This document shows positions 10,283-19,695 of a stretch of DNA of 24,922 nucleotides, piece by piece (within the stretch, counting starts at the first letter, position 1; each line of letters begins with the position of its first letter). The stretch is taken from NCBI GenBank assembly GCA_051439605.1, contig JBFRWN010000002.1, positions 1 through 24,922 on the forward strand, read 5' to 3'. The DNA comes from Synechococcus sp. Its GTDB lineage: Bacteria > Cyanobacteriota > Cyanobacteriia > Thermostichales > PCC-7336. The notes below the pieces were generated by a model. That model searched no databases, had not been told where the DNA came from, and worked only from the letters and a program-made list of their open reading frames with translations. The position numbers and the translations under genes are program-made.

Positions 10283-10742
10283 AAATGAATCCTTCCCAAG
10301 GTTAATGTAACGAAAAAACGCTTTTTGAGGTTACCGAATAACCGTCAGACTTTCGAGCAAATTATCAATGACTAACAGTATTATTGCCAAGTCTTAAAAA
10401 AGGAGCGTTTTGCAACTAAATTCTTTTGAATTCCTAGTTCTAACGGATTCTGTAGCGGTCGTATTATCAGCCTCAAATCGGCATTGCAACACCGGATTCC
10501 TGAAGATGGTCTATTAAAATTTTTTGCGACTAAATAAGATGATATTTGCAGGCGAAGTTAAATAATATACAGTTTTGACTTGCCCTCAGTGGTTTCAAAT
10601 AGTTTATTCGGACAAGTAATAACGCTTCGAGCGCATAAAACCTTAGAGTCAGATCGTAGACAACTGCAATCATCCTCTCATCTGGTCGCCAGGGGCCCGT
10701 TTGCACAAGAACCTTGGAAAACGCTACCCACTGATCGCCGGT

Positions 10743-10758
10743 GATACTATATAGTTAT
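10743..10758. promoter_or_regulatory. Putative operator, copy 1 (autoregulatory site of the ArsR/ChlR-like regulator)
   Basis: GATACTATATAGTTAT (reverse complement ATAACTATATAGTATC), 16 bp before the ATG at 10775. Matches the shared motif. Confidence 0.55.
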
Positions 10759-10774
10759 TAGTCAATACAATGGT

Positions 10775-11170
10775 ATGGTTGTATCCCAGATGTCTGCTGT
10801 TGACTCAGAAGTACTAGCGCAAGTTGCAAACTACTTTAAGCTGCTTTCCGAAGTCAGTCGACTGCAGGTTTTGAATTGCTTGCGGACTGGACCTTTGAGC
10901 GTGAACGAACTTGTTGAGGCCACGGGCCTAGGGCAGGCTAACATCTCCAAGCACCTCAAGTTATTAACGGAAGCAGGCATCCTCGAGAGAGAGCCGAAGG
11001 GAGTCAGTGCTTTCTACTCCATCGCCGATCCAACCATCTTCGAATTGTGCGAGCTGGTTTGCGATCGCATTAGCGAGCGCTTGATTCAACAGGCTGAGTC
11101 CTTCAAACAGTTCAAATCGTTTGTTCCGTCTCAAAAATCATCTCAATCATCTCAGGGGAAATCGAAATAA
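10775..11170 (+). CDS. ArsR/SmtB-family winged-HTH transcriptional regulator, probable ChlR-like O2/redox sensor
   Basis: FKLLSEVSRLQVL, SVNELVEATGLGQANISKHLKLLTEAGIL and G...FYSI motifs. Cys35 lies in alpha2 and C92/C96 (LCELVC) in alpha5. Sits at the head of the acsF/ho2/hemN cluster. Alternative start at 10790. Confidence 0.88.
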   Translation: MVVSQMSAVDSEVLAQVANYFKLLSEVSRLQVLNCLRTGPLSVNELVEATGLGQANISKHLKLLTEAGILEREPKGVSAFYSIADPTIFELCELVCDRISERLIQQAESFKQFKSFVPSQKSSQSSQGKSK

Positions 11171-11255
11171 ACTTTTGGGGCAGGGTGTAGTTTCTCCTAT
11201 TTCGTTGAAAGTTGCCTTGAATAGACAAGAAATGGAAGCTGTATCAAACTCAGAA

Positions 11256-11275
11256 AAGCGCTCTACAGAGCGCTT
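11256..11275. repeat. Palindrome AAGCGCTCT-AC-AGAGCGCTT downstream of the regulator
   Basis: Perfect 9-bp arms around a 2-nt centre. Could be a terminator or a remnant of a small repeat element. Confidence 0.4.
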
Positions 11276-11439
11276 CCTTGAGAGACGTTCTTAAGGATTT
11301 CAGCTGGCGATCGCAGTTGCAGAAGCGATCCCAGATGGTGGCGCGTTCGCGCCGTTTGATAATTGCAGTCATGATTTTTGAACAAACTTATGGGGATGTA
11401 CAACGCAGGCAAATACGTGCCTGGCGTAGTGAACTATAT

Positions 11440-11455
11440 ATAGCTAATTAGTTAT
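11440..11455 (+). promoter_or_regulatory. Putative operator, copy 2 (pentapeptide-repeat gene)
   Basis: ATAGCTAATTAGTTAT, inside the near-perfect palindrome ATATAGCTAATTAGTTATAT (11438-11457). Confidence 0.65.
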
Positions 11456-11622
11456 ATGTATATCAAATAATATATTGGATGATTCGCGATGAATCTGTCT
11501 CGCGCTTGTGCGGTTGTGCGCCAATATCTCGGGCGGTGCTGAATTGTCGTAGCTCTGTCGAGCAACTGAGGTACAGTCCGAGAACGTCCGATAGAGTTTG
11601 ATAGGGATGTTTGGGGAATGCA

Positions 11623-12336
11623 ATGAATGCTGAAGAGATATTGCGACGGTATGGGGAAGGCGATCGCGACTTTGCCAAAGCAATATTGCAGGAATCGGAG
11701 CTCTTGCACGTCAACTTAGCCGGAACTAACTTTCAGCAGGGGGATTTTCGGCAAGCTCGGTTGGGTCAAAGTAATTTGAGTCAGTCGAACCTACACCAGG
11801 CCGATCTGAGCGAAGCGTTGTTGTGGGGAACGGATCTCAGTCAGGCCAATTTGTCGGAAGCCCGACTGCGGGAATCCGATCTGAGCGGTGCCAAATTAAT
11901 GGGCTGTAATTTGACTGAAGCCTATTTGCTCAAGGCCATTCTGAGCGGGATTAATGGAACTGCCGCAAATTTTACAGGTGCATTGTTGATCGATGCCGAT
12001 CTGCAGTCTTCCTCAGACCGCAGAACCGATCTGGGTCATGCAAATTTCAGTCGGTCCGACTTAAGTTATGCCCAGATGGGAGGTGCCCTGCTGTTCGATG
12101 CTAATTTGTCAGGAGCTCGTTTGTGTCATGCGAACTTCTCCGGCACGCTTCAATCGGGGTTCGCTGCAGCAGATCTCACCCAAGCCAATCTGCAGGGGGC
12201 CGATCTCAGTTATGCAAATTTGAAAGGAGCAATTTTGAAAGAGGCCAACCTCACGGGAGCCGACCTCACGGGAACGAATTTTACGGATGCCGATCTGACT
12301 GGGGCGCGGATGCCCGACGGTTCGGTTCCGCACTGA
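11623..12336 (+). CDS. Pentapeptide repeat protein
   Basis: Typical MNAEEILRRYGEGDRDF N-terminus, continuous A(D/N)LXX repeats and MPDGS C-terminus. Start set at ATG 11623. Confidence 0.93.
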   Translation: MNAEEILRRYGEGDRDFAKAILQESELLHVNLAGTNFQQGDFRQARLGQSNLSQSNLHQADLSEALLWGTDLSQANLSEARLRESDLSGAKLMGCNLTEAYLLKAILSGINGTAANFTGALLIDADLQSSSDRRTDLGHANFSRSDLSYAQMGGALLFDANLSGARLCHANFSGTLQSGFAAADLTQANLQGADLSYANLKGAILKEANLTGADLTGTNFTDADLTGARMPDGSVPH

Positions 12337-12353
12337 CCCTTTACGAGCGTTGA

Positions 12354-13430
12354 CTAAGCAACGGTGCCGCGCAGCGCTTCGCAATCAATCGGAGCGATCG
12401 CGTACAACCGCAATAGCTGCCACAGGGTAGAAGCCATCAGCGGTAGCTTGCGGATGCTCTTGAGAACTTTGGGCTGCGAACTGCGATCGATCGCCTGCAT
12501 TTTGACGTTGTTATCCGAACAGCGCTGCAACCGCGGGAAGAACTCGGGATGGTCGGTATTCAATACCACCGGAAACGCCCCTTTAGCCGTATTGTTCGTT
12601 TGGCAAATGACTTCGCGATCGTATGCCACCGGATCTAGACCCAGAGACTCGTAAAAGTCAGCTCGCTCGCGCACGGTTAAGGCATGGGTGGCAAACACGG
12701 ACAGCAGGAAGAATCTGACCCACAGACGAGCGCGCCAGTTATTCCACAATCGAGGCTGCGATCGCACCAGCGCCTTAAAGATATCTCCATGACGATTTTC
12801 GTCCTGACACCAGCTGTTGAAATAGTCAAACAGCGGGTGGAACTTGTGCTCTGGATGGGATTCTAAATGGCGGAAGATGGTGATGTAGCGCCAGTAGCCG
12901 ATTTTCTCGGATAGATAGACCGTATACAGCACCCAAGAGAGGGGGAAATAAGTGTAGGTGCGAGCTTTGGTCAGGTGGGGTAAGTCGAAGGGGAGTCCTA
13001 AGTCCCCCATGGATTTATTCAAGAAGGCGGCGTGGCGAGCTTCATCGCGGGCCATCAAATTTAGAATTTCCGACAGGAGTGGGTTGCGCTTCTTTAACTT
13101 GCGGGACAGCTCCTTGAACAGCAAAAATCCTGAGAACTCGGACATGCAGGAACGTTCTAGAAAGTCGATAAACGCTGCGCGGGTGTCTCCATCAATGTCC
13201 TCCCAGGTGCGATCGAAGGATTCGTTGCGCACGAAGTGATAGCGGTTGTAGTCCGTCCGCATTTCCTCCAACATCGCCTCCAATTCCGGTTGTTGGAGGG
13301 ACAGATCCATGTCGGCCGCTGCCTCGAAATTGGTGGTGTAGAAGCGGGGGGTCAGCACCGTCTCTTGAATACGCGCTTCCGAGCCAGCGAACGCAGCAGT
13401 TTCAGGGGTGTTCTGTAATGAAGCGACCAT
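12354..13430 (-). CDS. acsF: Mg-protoporphyrin IX monomethyl ester (oxidative) cyclase, probably the low-O2 isoform (AcsF II / ChlAII)
   Basis: LTPRFYTT, DYNRYHFVR, ERSC.SEFSGFLLFKEL, RDEARHA, YLSEKIGYWRYI and WCQDENRHGD di-iron motifs. Confidence 0.95.
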   Translation of the reverse strand: MVASLQNTPETAAFAGSEARIQETVLTPRFYTTNFEAAADMDLSLQQPELEAMLEEMRTDYNRYHFVRNESFDRTWEDIDGDTRAAFIDFLERSCMSEFSGFLLFKELSRKLKKRNPLLSEILNLMARDEARHAAFLNKSMGDLGLPFDLPHLTKARTYTYFPLSWVLYTVYLSEKIGYWRYITIFRHLESHPEHKFHPLFDYFNSWCQDENRHGDIFKALVRSQPRLWNNWRARLWVRFFLLSVFATHALTVRERADFYESLGLDPVAYDREVICQTNNTAKGAFPVVLNTDHPEFFPRLQRCSDNNVKMQAIDRSSQPKVLKSIRKLPLMASTLWQLLRLYAIAPIDCEALRGTVA

Positions 13431-13457
13431 ATGCCCTCGAGATCGTGTGGAACAATA

Positions 13458-13473
13458 TCTACCATATAGCTAT
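13458..13473 (-). promoter_or_regulatory. Putative operator, copy 3 (acsF)
   Basis: Minus strand ATAGCTATATGGTAGA, ending 27 bp before the acsF ATG. Confidence 0.6.
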
Positions 13474-13626
13474 ATAACGTATTCAACTGCATAAGCCAGA
13501 AACAAAGGTTTTCTCAAAATTACCTTAAAGACTTTCAATCATAGGACTTCTGGAATAAAAACAGCTTTAATGAAATCCCTGAATACCAGACCGAGCATGT
13601 TAAGTTTTTAGAACATTCTGAACTTA

Positions 13627-13642
13627 ATCGCTAGTTGGTTAT
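13627..13642 (+). promoter_or_regulatory. Putative operator, copy 4 (hemF-ho-hemJ)
   Basis: ATCGCTAGTTGGTTAT, about 110 bp before the hemF ATG at 13752. It runs into a TATAAAT -10-like element. Confidence 0.6.
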
Positions 13643-13751
13643 AAATCTATTAAGGGCTGAGAGAGCCTTCTCTCGTCGGGGCATTTGTCGCCAGCCATCT
13701 GTTAGCAGCGGCAATCGCCTTCTTTTTCAACATCATTCGGGAAATACAGTT

Positions 13752-14861
13752 ATGAGTCAGCAATTGTCTGCCACCCGCAACCTCGATCGGACTGAAACCT
13801 CGCATGCCAACGAGTTTGGCTATCCCAGTAACTCTCGCCAGCGGGCTAAGCAGTTTGTTATGGACTTGCAGGACAGCATCTGCGAAGGTCTTGAAGAATT
13901 AGATGGCGAGGCGCGCTTCCAGGAGGATAATTGGCAGCGGCCCGAAGGGGGCGGCGGTCGCACGCGAGTGATTCGCGATGGGGGAGTCTTCGAACAGGGG
14001 GGCGTGAATTTTTCGGAGGTATGGGGTGAGTCGCTGCCCCCTGCAATCTTGACCCAGCGACCCGATGCCATCGGTCACGGGTTCTATGCGACTGGGACTT
14101 CGATGGTGCTGCACCCCCGCAACCCTTACGTTCCTACCGTCCATCTCAATTACCGCTATTTCGAAGCGGGTCCCGTGTGGTGGTTTGGGGGTGGCGTCGA
14201 TCTGACCCCGTACTATCCCTTTGCGGAAGATGCCGTTCATTTTCACCGCACCATCAAGCGCGCCTGCGATGTCCACAATCCCCACTACTATCCGGTATTC
14301 AAGCAGTGGTGCGACGAATATTTCTATTTGAAGCACCGTCAGGAAACGCGGGGTATTGGCGGTATTTTCTTTGACTATCAAGACGATCGCAGCCCGCTAT
14401 ATGCAGGGCCAAACCCCGATGGATTAGCCGCAGCCGCCAGCGATCGCGTGGGTTCTGTCTCCAGGAATTGGGAGGAGATCTTCGCCTTTGTGCAGAGTTG
14501 CGGTCAGTCCTTTTTACCCGCCTACCTGCCGATTGCCGAGAAGCGTCAGAGGATGGAGTACGGCGATCGCGAGCGCAACTTCCAGCTCTACCGCAGAGGC
14601 CGCTACGTCGAATTCAATTTGGTGTACGACCGCGGCACGATTTTTGGTTTGCAGACCAACGGTCGCACCGAATCCATTTTGATGTCGCTGCCTCCCCTAA
14701 CTCGGTGGGAGTATAACTACCATCCGGAACTGGGTACCCCCGAAGCAGACCTGTACGAGACATTCCTCAAGCCCCAAGACTGGGTGAATTGGCCACTCAA
14801 TGCATCCGAACAAACTGCAGCCTCCCCAGCCGCTGGCACTCGCTCGGACTTTTCAATCTAG
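13752..14861 (+). CDS. hemF: Oxygen-dependent coproporphyrinogen III oxidase
   Basis: [74 protein letters not shown] and ESILMSLPP motifs. Start set at ATG 13752. Confidence 0.95.
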   Translation: MSQQLSATRNLDRTETSHANEFGYPSNSRQRAKQFVMDLQDSICEGLEELDGEARFQEDNWQRPEGGGGRTRVIRDGGVFEQGGVNFSEVWGESLPPAILTQRPDAIGHGFYATGTSMVLHPRNPYVPTVHLNYRYFEAGPVWWFGGGVDLTPYYPFAEDAVHFHRTIKRACDVHNPHYYPVFKQWCDEYFYLKHRQETRGIGGIFFDYQDDRSPLYAGPNPDGLAAAASDRVGSVSRNWEEIFAFVQSCGQSFLPAYLPIAEKRQRMEYGDRERNFQLYRRGRYVEFNLVYDRGTIFGLQTNGRTESILMSLPPLTRWEYNYHPELGTPEADLYETFLKPQDWVNWPLNASEQTAASPAAGTRSDFSI

Positions 14862-14903
14862 TCCTGTTAACCCTCAACACCATCGAGACAAGAGGTACCG
14901 ATT

Positions 14904-15656
14904 ATGTCTGGTAATTTAGCGGCACAACTCAGACTGGGCACCGCCCACTCCCATACCGTGGCAGAAAATACTGCCTTCATGAAGTGTTTTCTCAAGGGAA
15001 TTGTGGAGCGGGAGCCCTTGCGCAAGCTCTTCGCAGATTTTTACTTCCTTTACTCCACCTTGGAAGAAGAAATGCAGCGCCACAGCAATGGTGCGGTTGT
15101 CGGTCCTCTCTACTTCCCTGAGCTGAACCGTCAGGCCCATTTAGAGGAAGACCTTGAGTTTTATTACGGAGAGCAGTGGCGCGATCGCATCCAGCCTTCC
15201 GATGCTGGCAAACGGTATGTCGCCAGAATCCGCTGGGTCGCCAACACGAATCCAGCGTTGCTAGTGGCCCATGCTTACGTGCGCTATCTCGGCGATTTGT
15301 CGGGGGGTCAAGGGCTGATGCGCGTCGTTAGATCGGCGCTGGATTTACCCGACGTTCGCGGCACTCGCTTTTACGAATTCGATGCCATGCCGACTCCGGA
15401 AGCTAAACGGGAGTTTAAGGAAACCTATCGCGATGCGTTGAACTCGTTGAAGGTGGACGATGGGCTGGCCGAGCAAATTGTGGAGGAAGCGAACTTCGCT
15501 TTTCAACTCAACTGCGATGTCATGCATGCCTTGGAGGCTGACGTCAAAGCAGCGATTGGCGATCGCGCCTTCGAGCTGCTGACGAAGCAAGACCGACAGG
15601 GCAGTACGGAACGACATCGCGGCGATCGCCCCGCAGACTTGGCGGTCGTGACGTAA
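14904..15656 (+). CDS. ho2: Heme oxygenase (biliverdin-producing), Ho2-type, copy A
   Basis: HTVAENTAFMKCFLKGIVEREP, AHAYVRYLGDLSGGQ and C-terminal KAAIG...FELLT.QDR.GSTE. These are Ho2-type rather than Ho1-type (HSMAENVGFVKCFLKGVVE) signatures. Confidence 0.9.
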   Translation: MSGNLAAQLRLGTAHSHTVAENTAFMKCFLKGIVEREPLRKLFADFYFLYSTLEEEMQRHSNGAVVGPLYFPELNRQAHLEEDLEFYYGEQWRDRIQPSDAGKRYVARIRWVANTNPALLVAHAYVRYLGDLSGGQGLMRVVRSALDLPDVRGTRFYEFDAMPTPEAKREFKETYRDALNSLKVDDGLAEQIVEEANFAFQLNCDVMHALEADVKAAIGDRAFELLTKQDRQGSTERHRGDRPADLAVVT

Positions 15657-15677
15657 GTCCAAACGCCGTTACCGCTA

Positions 15678-15738
15678 TCCCCGCCAGTATTTCGCCCTTA
15701 TATTGCGCGGGGAGAGGGACAGGCGATCGTCTGTCCTT
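15678..15738 (+). terminator. Tandem hairpins after ho copy A
   Basis: TCCCCGC-CAGTAT/ATATTG-c-GCGGGGA (15678-15713) and AGGGACAG/CTGTCCTT (15715-15738). Confidence 0.55.
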
Positions 15739-15802
15739 CAACTCTATTGACCAATCGCCAACCTGATTTTCGTCCACTCATCCTGTTTGGAGAGCCAAGC
15801 TA

Positions 15803-16360
15803 ATGCCCTACCTATGGTTCAAGGTGTTTCACATCGTTGGTGTCGTTGTCTGGTTTGCAGGTTTGTTCTACTTAGTTCGGCTGTTTATCTACGACGTTGA
15901 AGCGAACGACAGAGCAGAACCCGCCAGATCGACGCTTAAAGCTCAATATCGCTTGATGGAAAAGCGTCTCCTCAATATCATCACCACCCCTGGTATGGTC
16001 GTCACAGTTGCGATGGCAGTGGGGTTGCTGGCCACCGATCGCAGTCTCATCCATCAACACTGGCTGCAGGTCAAGCTGGGACTGGTTGTTCTCCTAGCGA
16101 TCTATCACGTTTACTGCGGACGAATTTTCAAACAGCTGGCTTCCGATACCTGTAGCTGGACTGGCCAGCAGCTGCGGTTATTGAACGAGCTACCTACCGT
16201 ATTGTTGCTTGCCATCGTATCTTTAGCAGTCTTTAAGAACAGTCTGCCTGTTTATAGCGCTACTGCAGGACTGCTTGGATTGATTGTCCTGATGTTGGTC
16301 GGGATTTATGTCTATGCCAAAAAACGGTTAAGTCATCAAAATATTGAATCTCTGTCCTGA
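15803..16360 (+). CDS. hemJ: Protoporphyrinogen IX oxidase HemJ
   Basis: YLWFKVFHIVGVVVWFAGLFYLVRLFIY, MEKRL..II.TPGM, WL.VKL and LNELPT motifs; membrane protein. Confidence 0.94.
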   Translation: MPYLWFKVFHIVGVVVWFAGLFYLVRLFIYDVEANDRAEPARSTLKAQYRLMEKRLLNIITTPGMVVTVAMAVGLLATDRSLIHQHWLQVKLGLVVLLAIYHVYCGRIFKQLASDTCSWTGQQLRLLNELPTVLLLAIVSLAVFKNSLPVYSATAGLLGLIVLMLVGIYVYAKKRLSHQNIESLS

Positions 16361-16498
16361 GAAATTTTTGCCCCGAGACGATTTGCCAATACCGAATTCC
16401 TGCGTGTTGAGGAGACTTGAATGACTTTAGAAATATCTCGCGCTGAGGGCATGTATTTACTTCAGATCGGGAATGGCTCCTGGAAAACCATCTCGAAG

Positions 16499-18541
16499 TT
16501 AGCTTTCTCTTAACATCATCAGCCGACCTGGATCGAGCACGATCGACCACGGAAAAGGCATCTGTTTGAGAACGGCCCATTTTTCTTTAAAGATCTCTGC
16601 TTGTAGGTCGTAGTCTTGTGAATGGGCAGGAGGGGCTTTGAGCTTGAGATAAAGAGTCATGCGGTGGGGCGTTTCGGCAGTCATCGCGAGCCAACAGGGA
16701 AACGTGTTGGGGACGATCGTGGATATGTTGTCAGTCATACACCTCACTTCTTTTTCCTGAACATCCTGACCCCCTGCGTCCCCGATGCCCTGCTGTCCAT
16801 TTCTCCGTCCGTAGGTGTTCCGAGACTCCAAGTGAAGGAGGGTTTTTGTTTGACTGATGGCTTCTAAAAATCCAAATTGATGGGCACGTATGCCGATATG
16901 GGTGAAGATGCCGGAAATCGGTTCGGCAAGTTGCAGGGTACAGTTCCAATCCAAAGCCCGGATCGTTGTCGAGTCAATCGGAACGGTTCGAGAGATGTTT
17001 TTACATCCCGTCAAGCGAGCGGCGGCGATCGTGCTGGGTCGCTCCAGGACAGAATATTTCGAATCGTGGATGCTGACACGACCCCGATCCATCACCAATA
17101 AGTTGCTGCAAATTCGGTAGGCTTCTTCAATATTGTGGGTAACCAATAGCGTAATGCCGGAAAACTGTTCCAATCGCAGCTTGAGATCTCGTTCCATCAG
17201 GTAGCGGAGGTGGGTATCTAGAGCGGAGAAAGGTTCATCCAGTAATAACACCTCGGGTTGACTGGCCAGAGTCCGAGCCATTGCCACTCGTTGCTGTTGC
17301 CCTCCAGAGAGGCTAGCAGGATAGCGATCGCCCATTCCCTGCAGCTGCACCGCCGTCAATTGATCCTCGACAGTCTGTTGCCGCTGCCGTACCGATAGAT
17401 GTCCGGGCAATCCATAGGCAATGTTTTGGGCCACCGTGAGATGGGGAAAGAGGGCGTAGTTTTGGAACAGGACGCCAACCCGGCGATCGCGGCTCGGCAG
17501 GTTAATGCCCAACTCCGAATCAAACAGCACCCGCCCGTTCAGCACAATCCGCCCTATATCGGGGGTTTCCATACCCGCAATGCAACGCAGAATCAAGCTT
17601 TTCCCGGCACCAGATGCACCGAGCAACCCCAGAGGCCGATCGCGGTTGGAGAAGGATACATCCAGGGTGAAGCCGGGTAAGCGTTTTTTGAGGGTGACGG
17701 AGAGGGAGGGAATCGTCAGTGAAGCAGGTGGCGATTGAGAGGTAAGGGATAATAGATGTGATTTCGATGCGATGGAAGGCAGGGGGAACAGGGGATCTTG
17801 AGGCAAGAGTAACTCGCCGATCGCCCCATTAGATCTATGCCCGATGGGGGGCGCTGTTGTCTCTCTCTGGAGCTTGATGTTCAGCGAGCTAACGCGTCCC
17901 TGCCATCGATTTATTAAGATTAACCCCCCTAAAACGATCGCCAAAATCGCTCCGGCCCAAGCAGCTGCTTCACCAAAGGCACCTGCCTCCACCGCGAAAT
18001 AAATGGCCATGGGAATCGTCTGGGTTTTGCCAGGAATATTGCCAGCCAGCATCAAAGTGGCTCCAAATTCCCCGAGGGCACGGGCAAAGGCGAGGGTGGT
18101 ACCGGCGAGAATGCCGGGAATGGCCAGAGGTAAGGTTAGGCTCCAAAACACCCGCAGTTCAGAGGCACCCAAGGTGCGAGCAGCCTGCTGAAAGTTGCCA
18201 TCGATTTGCTTGAACGCCCCCAACACGGTTTTGTACATCAGCGGGAATGCCATCACTGTGGTTGCCACCACAGCCGCATACCAGGTGAAGACTACATTCA
18301 CCCCAACGGTCGCCAAGAGCGCACCGACGGGGCCGTGTTTACCGAGCAACAGCAAGAGCAAAAAACCCAACATCGTCGGGGGTAGCACCATTGGGGCTAA
18401 GAACAGGCCTTCAAGCAGCGATCGCCAGCGTCCCCGATAGCGATGCATAAAGTGGGCAGCGGCAATTCCCAGAACAAAGGTGATGGCGGTGGCAATGGTG
18501 GCAATCCGCAGGGAAATCCAGAGGGGCGATAGGTCAATCAT
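16499..18541 (-). CDS. modBC: Fused molybdate ABC permease / ATP-binding protein ModBC
   Basis: ModB half: PMVLPPT, AARTLGA, FARALGEFGATLMLAGNIPGKTQTIP. ModC half: GASGAGKS, LFQNYALFPHLTV, LSGGQQQR, LLLDEPFSALD. Confidence 0.93.
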   Translation of the reverse strand: MIDLSPLWISLRIATIATAITFVLGIAAAHFMHRYRGRWRSLLEGLFLAPMVLPPTMLGFLLLLLLGKHGPVGALLATVGVNVVFTWYAAVVATTVMAFPLMYKTVLGAFKQIDGNFQQAARTLGASELRVFWSLTLPLAIPGILAGTTLAFARALGEFGATLMLAGNIPGKTQTIPMAIYFAVEAGAFGEAAAWAGAILAIVLGGLILINRWQGRVSSLNIKLQRETTAPPIGHRSNGAIGELLLPQDPLFPLPSIASKSHLLSLTSQSPPASLTIPSLSVTLKKRLPGFTLDVSFSNRDRPLGLLGASGAGKSLILRCIAGMETPDIGRIVLNGRVLFDSELGINLPSRDRRVGVLFQNYALFPHLTVAQNIAYGLPGHLSVRQRQQTVEDQLTAVQLQGMGDRYPASLSGGQQQRVAMARTLASQPEVLLLDEPFSALDTHLRYLMERDLKLRLEQFSGITLLVTHNIEEAYRICSNLLVMDRGRVSIHDSKYSVLERPSTIAAARLTGCKNISRTVPIDSTTIRALDWNCTLQLAEPISGIFTHIGIRAHQFGFLEAISQTKTLLHLESRNTYGRRNGQQGIGDAGGQDVQEKEVRCMTDNISTIVPNTFPCWLAMTAETPHRMTLYLKLKAPPAHSQDYDLQAEIFKEKWAVLKQMPFPWSIVLDPGRLMMLRES

Positions 18542-18612
18542 GGTGGGGAAGAAAGAGAAGAATGTGGCGAATCGCTGCCGGATGGTATCGAATCGGTCAG
18601 TAACAATTCTCC

Positions 18613-19440
18613 CTAGGGTGACCGTGGAATCGGGGCAAAGCCAAAATCTGCGAAGGTTTCTAGAGCTGTATCGGTGGTCAGAAAATCAATAAAGGTTTGG
18701 GCTGCTTCGGGATAGTGACTGCGATCCATCGCGGCGACCGGGTACACAATGGGGTCGTGGGAGCCTGCAGGAGCTGAAGCGAGGACCTTCACCCCTGACG
18801 ATAGGGCTGCATCGGTGGCGTAGACCATGCCCAGCTCGGCATTGCCGCTGGCGACAGCAGCAAGGGTGCTGCGAACGCTGTTGCCAAAGACAAACTTAGG
18901 TTGAAACACCTCCAGTAGACCCATGCGATCGAACACCTGTTCGGCATACTGTCCGGCAGGGACGCTGCGAAAATCCCCGACGGCAAAGTGACGGATCTCC
19001 ACCTCCTGAAGCTGGGTGATATCCGCAATGTCCACCGTGGAGGCTGTGGGGGCAATCAGTACGAGGCTGTTTGAGACTAGATCTTGACGGGAGTCGGCCA
19101 GAATCAACTCTTGCTCGGCCAGACTGTCCATTTGCTTGGCAGCGGCCGAGAAAAACACGTCGGTGGGGGCACCTTGTTCGATCTGTCGCTGGAGTGCGCC
19201 GGAGGAGGCAAAGTTATAGTCTACGGCAATGTCCGCATGGGCTGCTTGGAACTGGGGAGCGATCTCCTCCAGAACATCTTGGAGACTAGCGGCGGCAGAG
19301 ACCGCAATCGTAGTCATCCGTGCCGAAGCGGGATCCGTACCGATTGAGGAGGGAATCGCGCTACAACCAACGGACAGCAGGCCGGCCGTAGAGCCCGCCA
19401 GACACAAGGCTAGAAACCGACGACGTTTTTGGGTTGCTAT
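18613..19440 (-). CDS. modA: Molybdate ABC transporter substrate-binding lipoprotein (probable ATA start at 19440; ORF track start 19407)
   Basis: VSAAASL, NFASSGALQRQIEQGAP.DVFFSA, SVPAGQYA, GMVYATDA and PIVYP motifs. Signal peptide (I)ATQKRRRFLALC...LSVGC begins 8 nt after GGAGGA. Confidence 0.9.
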   Translation of the reverse strand: MATQKRRRFLALCLAGSTAGLLSVGCSAIPSSIGTDPASARMTTIAVSAAASLQDVLEEIAPQFQAAHADIAVDYNFASSGALQRQIEQGAPTDVFFSAAAKQMDSLAEQELILADSRQDLVSNSLVLIAPTASTVDIADITQLQEVEIRHFAVGDFRSVPAGQYAEQVFDRMGLLEVFQPKFVFGNSVRSTLAAVASGNAELGMVYATDAALSSGVKVLASAPAGSHDPIVYPVAAMDRSHYPEAAQTFIDFLTTDTALETFADFGFAPIPRSP

Positions 19441-19695
19441 GCTAAGTGTCCTCCGGTTGCGGATACAGACCTAGCTGTTTGGCCAACTGTTTAGCAATTA
19501 AAATCAAGAATCGCCCAAGGTCTAGAGGAACAGCCCCTAGCTTTCAGGCAAGCCCCCTTTCAATATAGTTGGGCTGACAGTGAAGTGAATTCGGAAGAAG
19601 CGATCGATAGTCTTGTTGCTGGGGTTGTAAAAATGCCCTCTCACCGAGCATTGCAATTGAACGAAACTGCGTCAACCTCGGTCGATCTCGCTTTA

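Noticed and set aside
11129..11156. Short TCATCTCA repeat at the 3' end of the regulator
   Set aside because: About two copies encoding a low-complexity SSQ tail, not an array.
13635..13751. TTG-started N-terminal extension of hemF
   Set aside because: It begins inside the putative operator and promoter and has no HemF-like sequence. ATG 13752 is preferred.
19441..19695. Possible Moco riboswitch or mop/modE gene upstream of modA
   Set aside because: No recognisable Moco-RNA consensus or TOBE-domain ORF by eye. An Rfam scan would be needed to exclude it fully.
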